Shown piece by piece: positions 19,101 to 25,889 of a stretch of 26,750 bases of DNA; the first letter of the stretch is position 1, and every line of letters begins with the position of its first letter. Source of the stretch: a virus. Lineage: Duplodnaviria; Caudoviricetes. Below the pieces are notes generated by a model, which was not told the origin of the DNA, ran no database searches, and saw only the letters and a list, made by a program, of their open reading frames with translations. The stretch is taken from the IMG/VR virus record IMGVR_UViG_3300017713_000069, positions 1-26,750 of that record; one strand, written 5' to 3'. The translations under genes were made by a program, and so were the position numbers.

Positions 19101-21573
19101 GTTTAAATCCAGAAGGATGGAGCGTGTGCAAAAATATAGAGAGCAGTCTGACCAGGCAACGGAACAAATTAAAGACACTAACCCAGAGTTATTTGACGAG
19201 GAAGGAAACTTGTTGACGCAACAAGAATTAAGTCAAAAAAGAAAAGTAGTTCAAGAGCATTTTAAAAAGTTTAAAATCGGTCAAGGATTAATTGCTCTTT
19301 CAAAAGAAATGCTTTTCAAAAACACTAAAGAATTTTTAAGACAATCAACAATGTTCTTGAAACACTTGGGTACTCTTACAAATTTAGTTGACAGGGTAAC
19401 CAAGAACAAATCTATATTTACAGACAAGGTATATCGCTCTCTTAATAGAATGGACAACGACTACAACGCCGGGGTGTTTGAATCTGAAGACAAAATGAAT
19501 ACTATAGCAAATAGTATTGACGGAATAACAAAAGGGTATAATCAAATAAAAAGAATGATACCCACCGATGTGTTTACTCTAAATGTAAAAAACACAAAAA
19601 CAGGGCGAGTCCGTAAAGATAAGTTTAGCGGTGACCAGCTTATGCGTATTTATGCTTTAAGTAAAAATGATGTTCAAAGAGAAAAGCTTATAGCTCAAAT
19701 AGGAGAGGAAGGCATACAACAAGTAGAAGAAAGCTTAACGCCTGAGCTAAAGGAGTTTGTAGATAAAACTGTAGACTTTTTAAGCAATGAATATTATGAG
19801 GGAGTAAATTCTGTATACTCTCAAATGAATGATATAAACTTAGGGTATGTAGAAAATTATTTTCCAACCATCACGGAAACAGACAAACTTCCTGAAAACT
19901 CAATAAATGAGGGAGATTTTGATGGGATATTCAACGCTGAAACAGCGCCAGCTTTAAAAGAAAGAACTGATAGAACATCAGACATAGACTTAGATGTTGC
20001 TGATTTTACCTCTGCATTAGACAACCATTTCCAAACCATGGAAAAATATAAGTCTTATGCTGAAGGAACAAAAATGCTTAATGCTTTCTTTCAAATACCA
20101 GCCGTGGACACTTTATTGACTGAGATGGGCATACTAAGGAACATGAAGAAGGCTGTTAACTTTGCAGTCAACCCAAATGCAGGGATGAAAGATAGTCTAA
20201 GCATCAAAGCATTAGATGTGTTGCAAGTAAAATTTACCGGGTTTGCTTTAGCTTTTAAAGCCATACAAATATTAAAGCAAGCTACATCTTTTGTAAACGC
20301 ATATTCAGATTATTCTTATTTTCCTAAAGACTCCAAAACACCTCAGCCTTTAAGAAGCGCATTAGACCTGCCAATGTTTATGATTGACGGGGCTAAGGTT
20401 GTTCTTAGCCTGGCCAAAGATTTAGTTGGAAAGGATGGTGCTATACACCAAGCTATGGAAATTTCCCCTACGTTTAGAAAAAGAATTGCACAGGGGTTGG
20501 AGGGAGATATTCATGGATTAGAGAGTGGCTCAAAAACTTTTAGGCCTGTATCCAAATCAAACACAAAGGTTGGTAGAGCCATTAGGCTTTTTAAAACAGC
20601 TGCTGCTTCTCCTACTATAATCGGAGATGTTCTCGGAGTTATGGGATATATGATTAACTACAAAAGAAATATAGCTAACGGCATGAGCAAAGCCGAAGCG
20701 GTAGAAGCATTCAATGATTACAACGCGACACAGCAATCACGTAGAGGGGCTGATAAGATACCATTGCAAATGAATAGTAATGCACTTCAAAGAACTTTTA
20801 CTATGTTTGGCAGCACTTTATTCTTGCAGATAAACAAAGTAATGCAGTCCGGAACTAATATAATAAGAGCGGCAAAGGATAGAAAATTTCCTCGTGTTAA
20901 AGATGCAAGAGATTTTTATATAAACCTTGCGGTTGCCAACGTTCTTTTTGTTGGAGTTTCAAACATAGCTAAGTTTGTCAAGGGCGATGAAGAAGATAAA
21001 GAAGCGGCTATAAAAAAGATGTTAGAGGCAATGACGGGTATGAATTTAGCTTATCAGATACCTTTAGTCGGGGGGGTTGTTGAAGGTTTTGATGTGGCAG
21101 GCAAGATAATAGCCGCAGCAAAGGGAGAAGAATATAAGAGAGGAAAAATATATGACGATAATATCGTTAACCCTATTGAATCCGTGATGCGTAAAATAAA
21201 AAAGGCCATGGCAAATGAAGAAGGCTTCTTTAAATCACAAATACTCCCTATAATGGAAGTAGTTATTGGAGCGCAGGTAGACCCGTTTATTGGCTTAGCT
21301 AACTTGTTTAGCGAAGACGCTACCCCCGAAGAGTTTGAGGACAATATGTATGACGTGATTGGTATATCTCCATCTTATCGTCCAGAGAAAGACAAATCCA
21401 AGAAAAAGCCCATGAGCAAAACTGATATGAAAAAATTCTTCCCTCAGACATACGATGACTTGTATGGCCCCCAAGGTTCTTTAAGGGAGGTTGAAGAAGT
21501 CAAAAGAGAAATAGCAAGAGAGAAAAGACAACGAAAAAAAGAACTGAAAGAAGAGATATATGGTAATCAATAA
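13159..21573 (+). CDS. Giant internal virion / ejection protein, polyvalent type, with glycine-zipper segment and zincin-like metallopeptidase motifs
   Basis: 2804 aa. Gly/Ala hydrophobic stretch ~15115-15340. HDFFGH..GEENAW from 16969. IYINP..HEMGH..EEAMA with HExxH at 17674-17688. Long helical C-terminal region. Confidence 0.8.
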   Translation: MNEQAFIDAYNMFLQGGYRGSRDEFRTLIESNPDAMNDSFEIFKSGGYNGSIQDYQVLIGVAPGEVKKKDKPVLDSAGDAGLSGLSDTERQDTQQISLQPQVEVAQDNTRVAQQKFIDPRVAIEQQEQRDAFEAQREIDMQAFKKEEQAQIEADAEGREKQSQALLQDVEFSTVLNNIDASLIDMEEESVVPFMMDNFQKYGFTFEETGMGDAMTVTTADGKETITIDLDPFLSKTEVLESKKLKDFITQFAIESEEVTPEESLNQKAMRAQQMRKYARLNADGSQSSVLFTSFEEDGKHKVIPTLFPKDPNLYGSNKNTWLELGFDEAKKLAEERGEVFEFETEEEAQEFAEGSWKDRHSSDALGNSVFGEEGYDFSSEKKQYQNYLDVRDKIDFIEAEQAEFGTEYLSELTEEERKKYGNLYVNGIMRDDIGVVLKELKEQEDTLFDLVMDDDKVRLREKLDVELDKKYNAIAQTAARSNNYADLSLDNLNLQSLQTFGVGLDQLNTIVPKDDTEAKLIEALSVQATEAKTLKTNAAQKYEQALTFYDAKHDQTIRGEFEDNWAAVSSELKKGLDNGNAAEVILQLSTGMAFDFEKLDINNPDDVKKAAKMIALLKGKAAEKKDARVMSRWNRAKGFKETFQVVKDNPLELSLALAMNSIGLMLPYGIEFITSGALGGIATGATYGAAAGAAVGGVGAAPGAVAGAIAGLAKGLRAGFAATSFAMEYSNAFFDAMQAQGLNPLDPQDVEDAVMSEEIWAVTKQRGVARGVPIAVVDYISFGLAGKIFKAGTFASRGRRAVTMLAERGVYDPIAESTGEALAQINVGDEIDWKEIAAEGLGGFGNNSSGMAVNTFVDTRKLSNIELADALTDVTFVADQKNSGTQISNWATRMERLGQIDAEQNQRIQENLGLSKDADNLLDLGRAKNKPINRELKGRVMQLLAAREEYSATANRKSVFGKQIADINNELEYIAQNKKLLPTEQRALLEGIFEPTAEVRQDVGRYRIDGKRVTREKFIKYINKNSKERLLTKMLTIDNDEEVNNLVKNKLDAVQVRETETVDVGEQARDGQEVGEGVPQLEAAQPETTETQDTTIEIETKIKDDAKQTSETPAGSRLFSEPVKDASSIAQRTAERTGVDFKEAERLSKIDEDRARRIAQTYEKLESNPQDPEVQSSYRALIDETVEQYNDIISEGYTIELVDENPYNNSAEMLRDVNENKTLKIFSTESGFGTEGVTDTDRANNLMLESTTFVDKNGRPMLANDVFRFVHDFFGHGTLGNSFGPIGEENAWNVHSRMYSPLARRAMTTETRGQNSWVNFSGVNNKAQDLINDSRALRKEGKFEEAQAKVDEAMKLFKFADQKNALMPEEFVQLDEEVDVKPTEAQSLEAIVEPGRPQQEQTTEQLTLEIDQTKGRRGINQTEFFVEAANENVDNANKLTAFMGKVFPGVVISTDQQTFDEVVTSDQVQKYSVGENIIYGMTVNGDIYINPQVHNSESKMFNTAIHEMGHVWVKHLKTTEKGRAIYNQGITLVKETPLYSEQLKKYKGDETRAAEEAMAILIGDKGQSIADAAVKSKFQQWLAGMWNYIKSQFKMSKDLSVDEIQDMNLDGFIGTALADIFSGREIKLTDQQLTELKDADVAFSSGVSMEQIITTGRQNGFTDASIKEVLIGRGFNKTDINTAMEVRVNDIVMPKEFSRVEGGVQEATKLFEDVRNDLNEFTTDETSMSEVRQKGLDLMKAHPVYQAQPEQVQMELLSAFDRTIGTRANPTVQKEISSIRKALRERKAGQKLVKETQAKLTAFIKSALPVSNTYTQAQINKLIRRVAKATTDTLQADAEFVFKIVEQQQNKIKNAILKDMLKVVRTKAKAAFSESGKRRAKGLSKEGQSYFGQVQKVLKAAMTNDVEAMNDLRQTLIDNDSKINELIEKRRNGEAITQREQDLVFLAMAMDNFGDVMNMDLAQVQELMSMVNNIKASSIATFKSRRMERVQKYREQSDQATEQIKDTNPELFDEEGNLLTQQELSQKRKVVQEHFKKFKIGQGLIALSKEMLFKNTKEFLRQSTMFLKHLGTLTNLVDRVTKNKSIFTDKVYRSLNRMDNDYNAGVFESEDKMNTIANSIDGITKGYNQIKRMIPTDVFTLNVKNTKTGRVRKDKFSGDQLMRIYALSKNDVQREKLIAQIGEEGIQQVEESLTPELKEFVDKTVDFLSNEYYEGVNSVYSQMNDINLGYVENYFPTITETDKLPENSINEGDFDGIFNAETAPALKERTDRTSDIDLDVADFTSALDNHFQTMEKYKSYAEGTKMLNAFFQIPAVDTLLTEMGILRNMKKAVNFAVNPNAGMKDSLSIKALDVLQVKFTGFALAFKAIQILKQATSFVNAYSDYSYFPKDSKTPQPLRSALDLPMFMIDGAKVVLSLAKDLVGKDGAIHQAMEISPTFRKRIAQGLEGDIHGLESGSKTFRPVSKSNTKVGRAIRLFKTAAASPTIIGDVLGVMGYMINYKRNIANGMSKAEAVEAFNDYNATQQSRRGADKIPLQMNSNALQRTFTMFGSTLFLQINKVMQSGTNIIRAAKDRKFPRVKDARDFYINLAVANVLFVGVSNIAKFVKGDEEDKEAAIKKMLEAMTGMNLAYQIPLVGGVVEGFDVAGKIIAAAKGEEYKRGKIYDDNIVNPIESVMRKIKKAMANEEGFFKSQILPIMEVVIGAQVDPFIGLANLFSEDATPEEFEDNMYDVIGISPSYRPEKDKSKKKPMSKTDMKKFFPQTYDDLYGPQGSLREVEEVKREIAREKRQRKKELKEEIYGNQ
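13162..13335 (+). repeat. Tandem 30-aa repeat at the N-terminus of the giant protein
   Basis: NEQAFIDAYNMFLQGGYRGSRDEFRTLI vs NPDAMNDSFEIFKSGGYNGSIQDYQVLI: 11/28 identical, ungapped. Confidence 0.8.
13356..13424 (+). other. A10 slippery run with -1 frame extension RQARFGFSWGRWFIGVIRY* (candidate programmed frameshift or transcriptional slippage)
   Basis: GTA AAA AAA AAA GAC, with A run 13356-13365. The -1 frame is open from 13353 to TGA 13422-13424. A TGA at 13350-13352 and the lack of a start codon mean it is reachable only by slippage. Confidence 0.5.
16313..16447 (+). CDS. Nested +1-frame small basic protein MPFKSEKQRRWMWANKPEMAKKWEKEYPNSKPRNLRPPKRKILP (44 aa)
   Basis: ATG 16313 to TAG 16447 inside the giant gene. 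A-rich leader GTAAAAAATAAATTAG. 73/135 G+C (54%), far above the surroundings. Resembles a small phage protein family beginning MPFKSEKQRR that I recall as stand-alone genes. Confidence 0.7.
   Translation: MPFKSEKQRRWMWANKPEMAKKWEKEYPNSKPRNLRPPKRKILP
16469..16600 (+). CDS. Second nested +1-frame small ORF MMQNKQVKPQQEADYSASPLRMRAQLLKELQKEQELISKKQRD (43 aa)
   Basis: ATG 16469 (or 16472) to TAA 16600. Starts 21 nt after the first nested ORF in the same frame. A-rich leader AAATAGAAACTAAAATTAAAG. Confidence 0.4.
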   Translation: MMQNKQVKPQQEADYSASPLRMRAQLLKELQKEQELISKKQRD

Positions 21574-21941
21574 TACCTTGCGTACTTAAATAATTTTTGC
21601 TTACCATAGAATACATATAGCTCTGAGTTTAGCTCGCTGTCACCGTACCACTTTACTTCTCCGGTAACATCATTAATCTTTGCGTACATTATACCATCTA
21701 AGCATGACCAGATTATAACGGGGTTCAATCTTTTGGATGAAAGTTTGTATAGTTTTTGTAAACTAATTTTAAGAGGGTAACAATCTTTTAATGTGCGGCT
21801 TGTTTCTATTACCTCTATATAGGCTATTAAACTTTTCTTTTCATTATATACCCTGAAGTCTACATCGCTGTCTGAAAGCCTGGTGAAACTACCTTTAAAT
21901 CTATCTGTAAAGGTTGTGATTGCTTTTAGTTTAGGGTTCAT
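21567..21941 (-). CDS. PD-(D/E)XK-like nuclease-fold protein, possibly inactive
   Basis: 124 aa. DVDF...IAYIEVI has the acidic residues but Ile where the catalytic Lys is expected. 3' end overlaps the giant gene by 7 nt. Confidence 0.45.
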   Translation of the reverse strand: MNPKLKAITTFTDRFKGSFTRLSDSDVDFRVYNEKKSLIAYIEVIETSRTLKDCYPLKISLQKLYKLSSKRLNPVIIWSCLDGIMYAKINDVTGEVKWYGDSELNSELYVFYGKQKLFKYARYY

Positions 21942-22660
21942 TACAAACTCATTAACCTGTTTATTGCAGTGTGCCCCCCTATAACCACACCACAGCCTAT
22001 GGCTTGCTTTTTAAAGTTCTTAGCGTAAGCTGCTGCGTATGCTGTGCAGTCTATACCACAGCCGACCTGCATACCAAACACCCTAAAGTTTCTGCCAACC
22101 ATCCACTCGGTATATGCCTGTGTATGTATGTGTCCTTGCACCGTAGACATCATATCGTTCTTTGCCTTTGTTCTGGCTGTTCCGCCTTCACCGTGGACAT
22201 ATTGAACGTTGTCATATACAATACGCTCTATCCAATTCCACTCAGTTCCTAACACTTCATTGTATGATTTTATCCAACGCTTCGGTATCTGAGATTCAAA
22301 TGCTTTACGCATAATCATTCTGTCGTGATTACCTATAAGAACATCTGCTTTTGGAAAGGCTTCTACCCAATCTTGAATAGAGTTGATGGCTAAGTCAAGC
22401 TCGTCTCCACCCCCCATTCCGTCTGGGTCTGTAGTATGAAATGAAGAATAATGATTATCAATTATATCTCCTATAAATATAACTTGGTTGCAGTTATATA
22501 TAGCGTATGTTTCTTTGCAAAAATCCAGGTATCCGTCAAGTGAAAATGGAGCGTGAATGTCTCCTACTATAAGTATTCTTCTTTCTTTTTGCGTGATATT
22601 ATTAAAAGCTGCAAGCTTGTTTCCTTTTAGGCGTGGCCTAAAATCTTTATTATATGTCAT
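21941..22660 (-). CDS. Calcineurin-like metallophosphoesterase
   Basis: All five motifs present: GDIH, GDIID, GNHD, HG, GHIH. 239 aa. Confidence 0.9.
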   Translation of the reverse strand: MTYNKDFRPRLKGNKLAAFNNITQKERRILIVGDIHAPFSLDGYLDFCKETYAIYNCNQVIFIGDIIDNHYSSFHTTDPDGMGGGDELDLAINSIQDWVEAFPKADVLIGNHDRMIMRKAFESQIPKRWIKSYNEVLGTEWNWIERIVYDNVQYVHGEGGTARTKAKNDMMSTVQGHIHTQAYTEWMVGRNFRVFGMQVGCGIDCTAYAAAYAKNFKKQAIGCGVVIGGHTAINRLMSL

Positions 22661-22838
22661 CGTCTACAGAGTCTATTAAAGTTTTAAGCTGTAAGATAAG
22701 AGACTTAGCTTCTGACTTGCAAGCTGTGTAGTCCCTATCAATAAGAGACTCGTAGATTTCGTCACAAGAGTCGTGGAGAGCGCCTGTGATTAAATTCACA
22801 TGCTTTATTCTCTCTTTCTCCAGTGCTGTTGTTTGCAT
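22650..22838 (-). CDS. Hypothetical small helical protein
   Basis: 62-aa ORF tightly packed in the minus-strand operon. Confidence 0.7.
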   Translation of the reverse strand: MQTTALEKERIKHVNLITGALHDSCDEIYESLIDRDYTACKSEAKSLILQLKTLIDSVDDDI

Positions 22839-22839
22839 C

Positions 22840-23073
22840 TTATCTGTCCATAGCGACTAAAAAATCATTACCCATCTTGTAATCTATCCCTTTTATTAAA
22901 CGATAAATCTTTCGTGAATTTTTCTTGGCTGTTTCTTTTTCGGTCTTGGTTGAGTCAACACCTAAATTTGTATACATATTACAGTCGATTCGAAGAAGCT
23001 CGTTAATCTTCTGGCGGTCATTCCAGCTTTTAAACTCTGCAATCTTTTCTATATCATCTATATTATAACCCAT
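22840..23073 (-). CDS. Hypothetical protein
   Basis: 77-aa ORF tightly packed with its neighbours. Confidence 0.75.
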   Translation of the reverse strand: MGYNIDDIEKIAEFKSWNDRQKINELLRIDCNMYTNLGVDSTKTEKETAKKNSRKIYRLIKGIDYKMGNDFLVAMDR

Positions 23074-23596
23074 TTAGATATGCGTTTAGTTTTTTGGTTA
23101 CTTGTTTTACTTGGTGTGGTCTAACTCTATTTTCTATTAAAGAGTAAAGTTCACCAAACTCTTCATTACGTTTTTCGTAATTTTCTTTTTCTTTTTTTAA
23201 ACGATTATTAGTCAAAGTTAAAACATTTATTTGTTTTTCCAAAGAAAATGTTAGTTTTTTGACTTTATCAAATTCCATAAAGTTCACCGGGTGGTGTTGT
23301 GTGAAAGCATTTAGACAATGATTATACTTTATCAAAGCTAAATCGTTTTGTTCTATGTAATGAAAGTTTTTTAAGTAGTGAAGGATGGTGGCGTGGTTTT
23401 TATTTAAAGACCTGCCTATGCGTGATACAGTCATTCTACCCATGTTATGAAGTATATGACTATATATAATACGGGCCTCGACTATTTCTCTTTTCCTTGA
23501 GGGGTCTTTTAATTTTACCCCGCATACCCCCTCTACTATTTTTTTAAGTTCTTCTGAGGTCGGCTTTATCTTCTTTGTGTGTATTTGAATTTCCAT
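23063..23596 (-). CDS. DnaA C-terminal (domain IV)-like HTH protein with coiled-coil tail
   Basis: SRKREIVEAR...TVSRIGRSLNKNHATILHY matches the DnaA domain IV signature. No AAA+ domain. Confidence 0.8.
   Translation of the reverse strand: MEIQIHTKKIKPTSEELKKIVEGVCGVKLKDPSRKREIVEARIIYSHILHNMGRMTVSRIGRSLNKNHATILHYLKNFHYIEQNDLALIKYNHCLNAFTQHHPVNFMEFDKVKKLTFSLEKQINVLTLTNNRLKKEKENYEKRNEEFGELYSLIENRVRPHQVKQVTKKLNAYLNGL
23213..23243 (-). promoter_or_regulatory. Intragenic full-consensus Bacteroidota promoter
   Basis: Minus strand reads TTTG (23243-23240), 19-nt spacer, TAACTTTG (23220-23213). Confidence 0.6.
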
Positions 23597-23915
23597 TTGA
23601 TTGTAGTGTTTTATTTAAGTTATAATAATCTAAGTACTCATCAGAGTCAATAAACTCTAAATCTAAATAGATTGTGTTTTCTTCTGGCTGTCTGACAAAC
23701 TCGACAGTAAAATATACAGGCGGATTTGTTTTGGTCACAACCCCTGCAAAAATCTGTGACCACCCAGACTGCATTGGTAAAAAGTCTGCATTCCAGTCAA
23801 TTTGTTTTGCGATATCAATACCTATGTCCGTAGGCATTTCCCTGAGCTGAGAGATGAACCAGTCATCTACCTCGTACTCTACCTCACCCTCTAAAAATCT
23901 CAACTGTAACGCCAT
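23544..23915 (-). CDS. Hypothetical acidic protein
   Basis: 123-aa ORF filling the gap between the VRR-NUC and DnaA-C genes and overlapping both. Start is uncertain. Confidence 0.65.
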   Translation of the reverse strand: MALQLRFLEGEVEYEVDDWFISQLREMPTDIGIDIAKQIDWNADFLPMQSGWSQIFAGVVTKTNPPVYFTVEFVRQPEENTIYLDLEFIDSDEYLDYYNLNKTLQSNGNSNTHKEDKADLRRT

Positions 23916-24123
23916 GTTTTTTTAATTCTTTAATTCTGTATTCCTGCAAAGCTGACACCTTACCCGTTGGTTTTTTCACTTCACTGAACAACACATCTGC
24001 TTTTGGTGCTATAGCTATTAAATCAGGTATACCGTTTTTATTAGTCTTGATTAGTTTGATAACGTAGTAACCCTGCGACTCAAGCTGTTCAATTCTTTTC
24101 TTCTGTATCTGCTGCTCAGTCAT
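23884..24123 (-). CDS. VRR-NUC family nuclease (resolvase-like)
   Basis: MTEQQIQ...GIPDLIA...FSEVKKPTGKVSALQ: E, PD, EVK and SxLQ motifs. Adjacent to an SF2 helicase. Confidence 0.85.
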   Translation of the reverse strand: MTEQQIQKKRIEQLESQGYYVIKLIKTNKNGIPDLIAIAPKADVLFSEVKKPTGKVSALQEYRIKELKKHGVTVEIFRG

Positions 24124-24126
24124 ATA

Positions 24127-25362
24127 TCACAAAGATAACAAATCCTTTTTGAAGTGTCTGAGCGTGTAATCTTTCTTCTTAATTACCATGTCATATATCT
24201 TCTTTTCAATACCTCTGTCTGCGAATATCCAATACACATCACTTTGTAATCTGTCCTTGGTTGTCATTCTATCCCTGGATTGCCAATAACTTGTTGCGCT
24301 AAAATCTATGTTAAAATAAACAAGCGCCTCTGCTTGTCTTAAGCTAATGCCTTCGCGTCCAGAAACAATCTGCAGTGCTATACACTTATCAGTGTCTTCA
24401 AAGACACTTAATTCCGTAGTAAGCTTTTCTCCATACACCTCTTTCAAGGCTTTTAGCTCTGCTTTAAACTTATAAAATATACCAATCTTTTTATTTTTAA
24501 ATTTATCTATTATAAATTCTGCTTTAGTTAAATCTATAATAGTAGAACTTCCGTCTTCAAATATAATTGTTCCGCTATATAGTTGATGTAGCTTCTGCAT
24601 TAGTTTTGCTGGAGTATCTGCAAGTATGGTGTTATTACTACCCTCTACCACTAAATCTTTTTGTAGCCGCTTGGCGACATAATAAGTAGTGTCATTCATT
24701 CTAACATTAAGAACATGCTCCCTTGTGTCAACTTTAAAGCCGGCTTCTTTTTGGGTGTAAGATATCATATATGGTTTCATTAAGTCTAATATACTTTGTT
24801 TACCCCTGCTGTAATCCCTTATGTAAAGTGAGTTTATTTTTTTCTCTTTAACATCTATATGTGCTTTGGAGAACTTATAAAAGTTTACAAACTCTCTGAA
24901 TGGGTTAGTTGGAATACCAAACACCTGGTGGTACATTTGACTGTACGACTCAGGTGTTGGCGTTCCTGACAACAAACAGACATAACAATCTGCTTTCCTT
25001 ATTATCTCTTTTACTTGCCTTGCTCTTTTACTTGGCTTAGGGAATGCACCCATGCTGTGAGCTTCGTCAAGTATTATTATATCCCAATCGTGTGGAGGTT
25101 CTACTTTATGTAAGGACTCGTAGTTTATAACACAAATGTTATAAGGCGGACTTAACATCTCGTAATCTTTTACAATACTGCTTATGGCTTTTTTCTTTGT
25201 AACAAACAAAACTCTTTTTGAGCCCAGTTGTTCCGCTATGCCTAAGCTTGTTAGGGTTTTGCCGGTTCGTACCTCCATTGCTAAATATACAAACTTGTGC
25301 TTACGCAAAACGTTAGTAGCGGTAGTTATTATTTCGCTTTGGTATTGTCTAAACTTCATCAA
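24127..25362 (-). CDS. Superfamily 2 (SNF2-like, DEAH) helicase
   Basis: FRQYQ (Q motif), MEVRTGKT (I), ILDEAH (II), LSGTP (III), SGREGISL (V), QSRDR (VI). 411 aa. Confidence 0.88.
   Translation of the reverse strand: MMKFRQYQSEIITTATNVLRKHKFVYLAMEVRTGKTLTSLGIAEQLGSKRVLFVTKKKAISSIVKDYEMLSPPYNICVINYESLHKVEPPHDWDIIILDEAHSMGAFPKPSKRARQVKEIIRKADCYVCLLSGTPTPESYSQMYHQVFGIPTNPFREFVNFYKFSKAHIDVKEKKINSLYIRDYSRGKQSILDLMKPYMISYTQKEAGFKVDTREHVLNVRMNDTTYYVAKRLQKDLVVEGSNNTILADTPAKLMQKLHQLYSGTIIFEDGSSTIIDLTKAEFIIDKFKNKKIGIFYKFKAELKALKEVYGEKLTTELSVFEDTDKCIALQIVSGREGISLRQAEALVYFNIDFSATSYWQSRDRMTTKDRLQSDVYWIFADRGIEKKIYDMVIKKKDYTLRHFKKDLLSL
24130..24137 (-). promoter_or_regulatory. TAnnTTTG element 6 nt upstream of the VRR-NUC start (leaderless or very short leader)
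   Basis: Minus strand TATCTTTG-TGATAT-ATG. No clear -33 element. Confidence 0.5.
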
Positions 25363-25678
25363 AGTTGTGCTTAAAGTTTGTTCTTTCTACTTGCATCTTA
25401 AACCATTCGAAAGCCCTCATGCCTGCTATATGTGTGTCAGTAGGAACAAAATATCTCCACCCTTTAGAGTATCCATTTGGTATGTAATAAAAAAAGAAAG
25501 CCGCAAGCTTGCCGCTGTCTTTTTTAAACACCACACAAGCTGTATGGTCTGAAGTGGGTATAATCTCTTTTATGGTAAACGTTTCGTTCTGCCAATTCTG
25601 CTCTCTATTTGTTTTTGAAAACCTTCGAGCCACATCTTTAGCAAACTCATTAAGTTCTACTGCTGTTTGTTTTTTCAT
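25349..25678 (-). CDS. Hypothetical protein
   Basis: 109-aa ORF in the operon, overlapping both neighbours. Confidence 0.75.
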   Translation of the reverse strand: MKKQTAVELNEFAKDVARRFSKTNREQNWQNETFTIKEIIPTSDHTACVVFKKDSGKLAAFFFYYIPNGYSKGWRYFVPTDTHIAGMRAFEWFKMQVERTNFKHNFDEV

Positions 25679-25889
25679 TTAAGTATGATTTAATTTTTAT
25701 ACATTTATCGTAATCCTCTGTTTCTTCAAAGTATTTTAGCAAATCTTCTACATCTTTTTTTCGAGCGGGTAAAGAAGGGTTATGAATAAAAATACCCACA
25801 TCTGTATTTGTTATAGTCTCTGGTGGTATCCCGTTAATTATAACGTCATAAGAATTTAAAAAAGCAATGTGTAGCTCCAGTTCATTCAT
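25650..25889 (-). CDS. Small protein with C-terminal UVR-like helical hairpin motif
   Basis: Start reassigned to ATG 25889, TAATG-coupled to the primase-helicase stop (79 aa). Ends LLKYFEETEDYDKCIKIK. Confidence 0.55.
   Translation of the reverse strand: MNELELHIAFLNSYDVIINGIPPETITNTDVGIFIHNPSLPARKKDVEDLLKYFEETEDYDKCIKIKSYLNEKTNSSRT

Noticed and set aside
19915-19926. DFDG in the giant protein as a possible RNA polymerase catalytic motif
   Set aside because: Reads GDFDGIF: the third Asp is missing and the context is not polymerase-like.
1316-21344. Numerous minus-strand ORFs opposite the structural genes, plus + strand ORFs 21971-22252 and 25184-25552
   Set aside because: Fully antisense to well-supported genes, with S/F/L-rich shadow composition.
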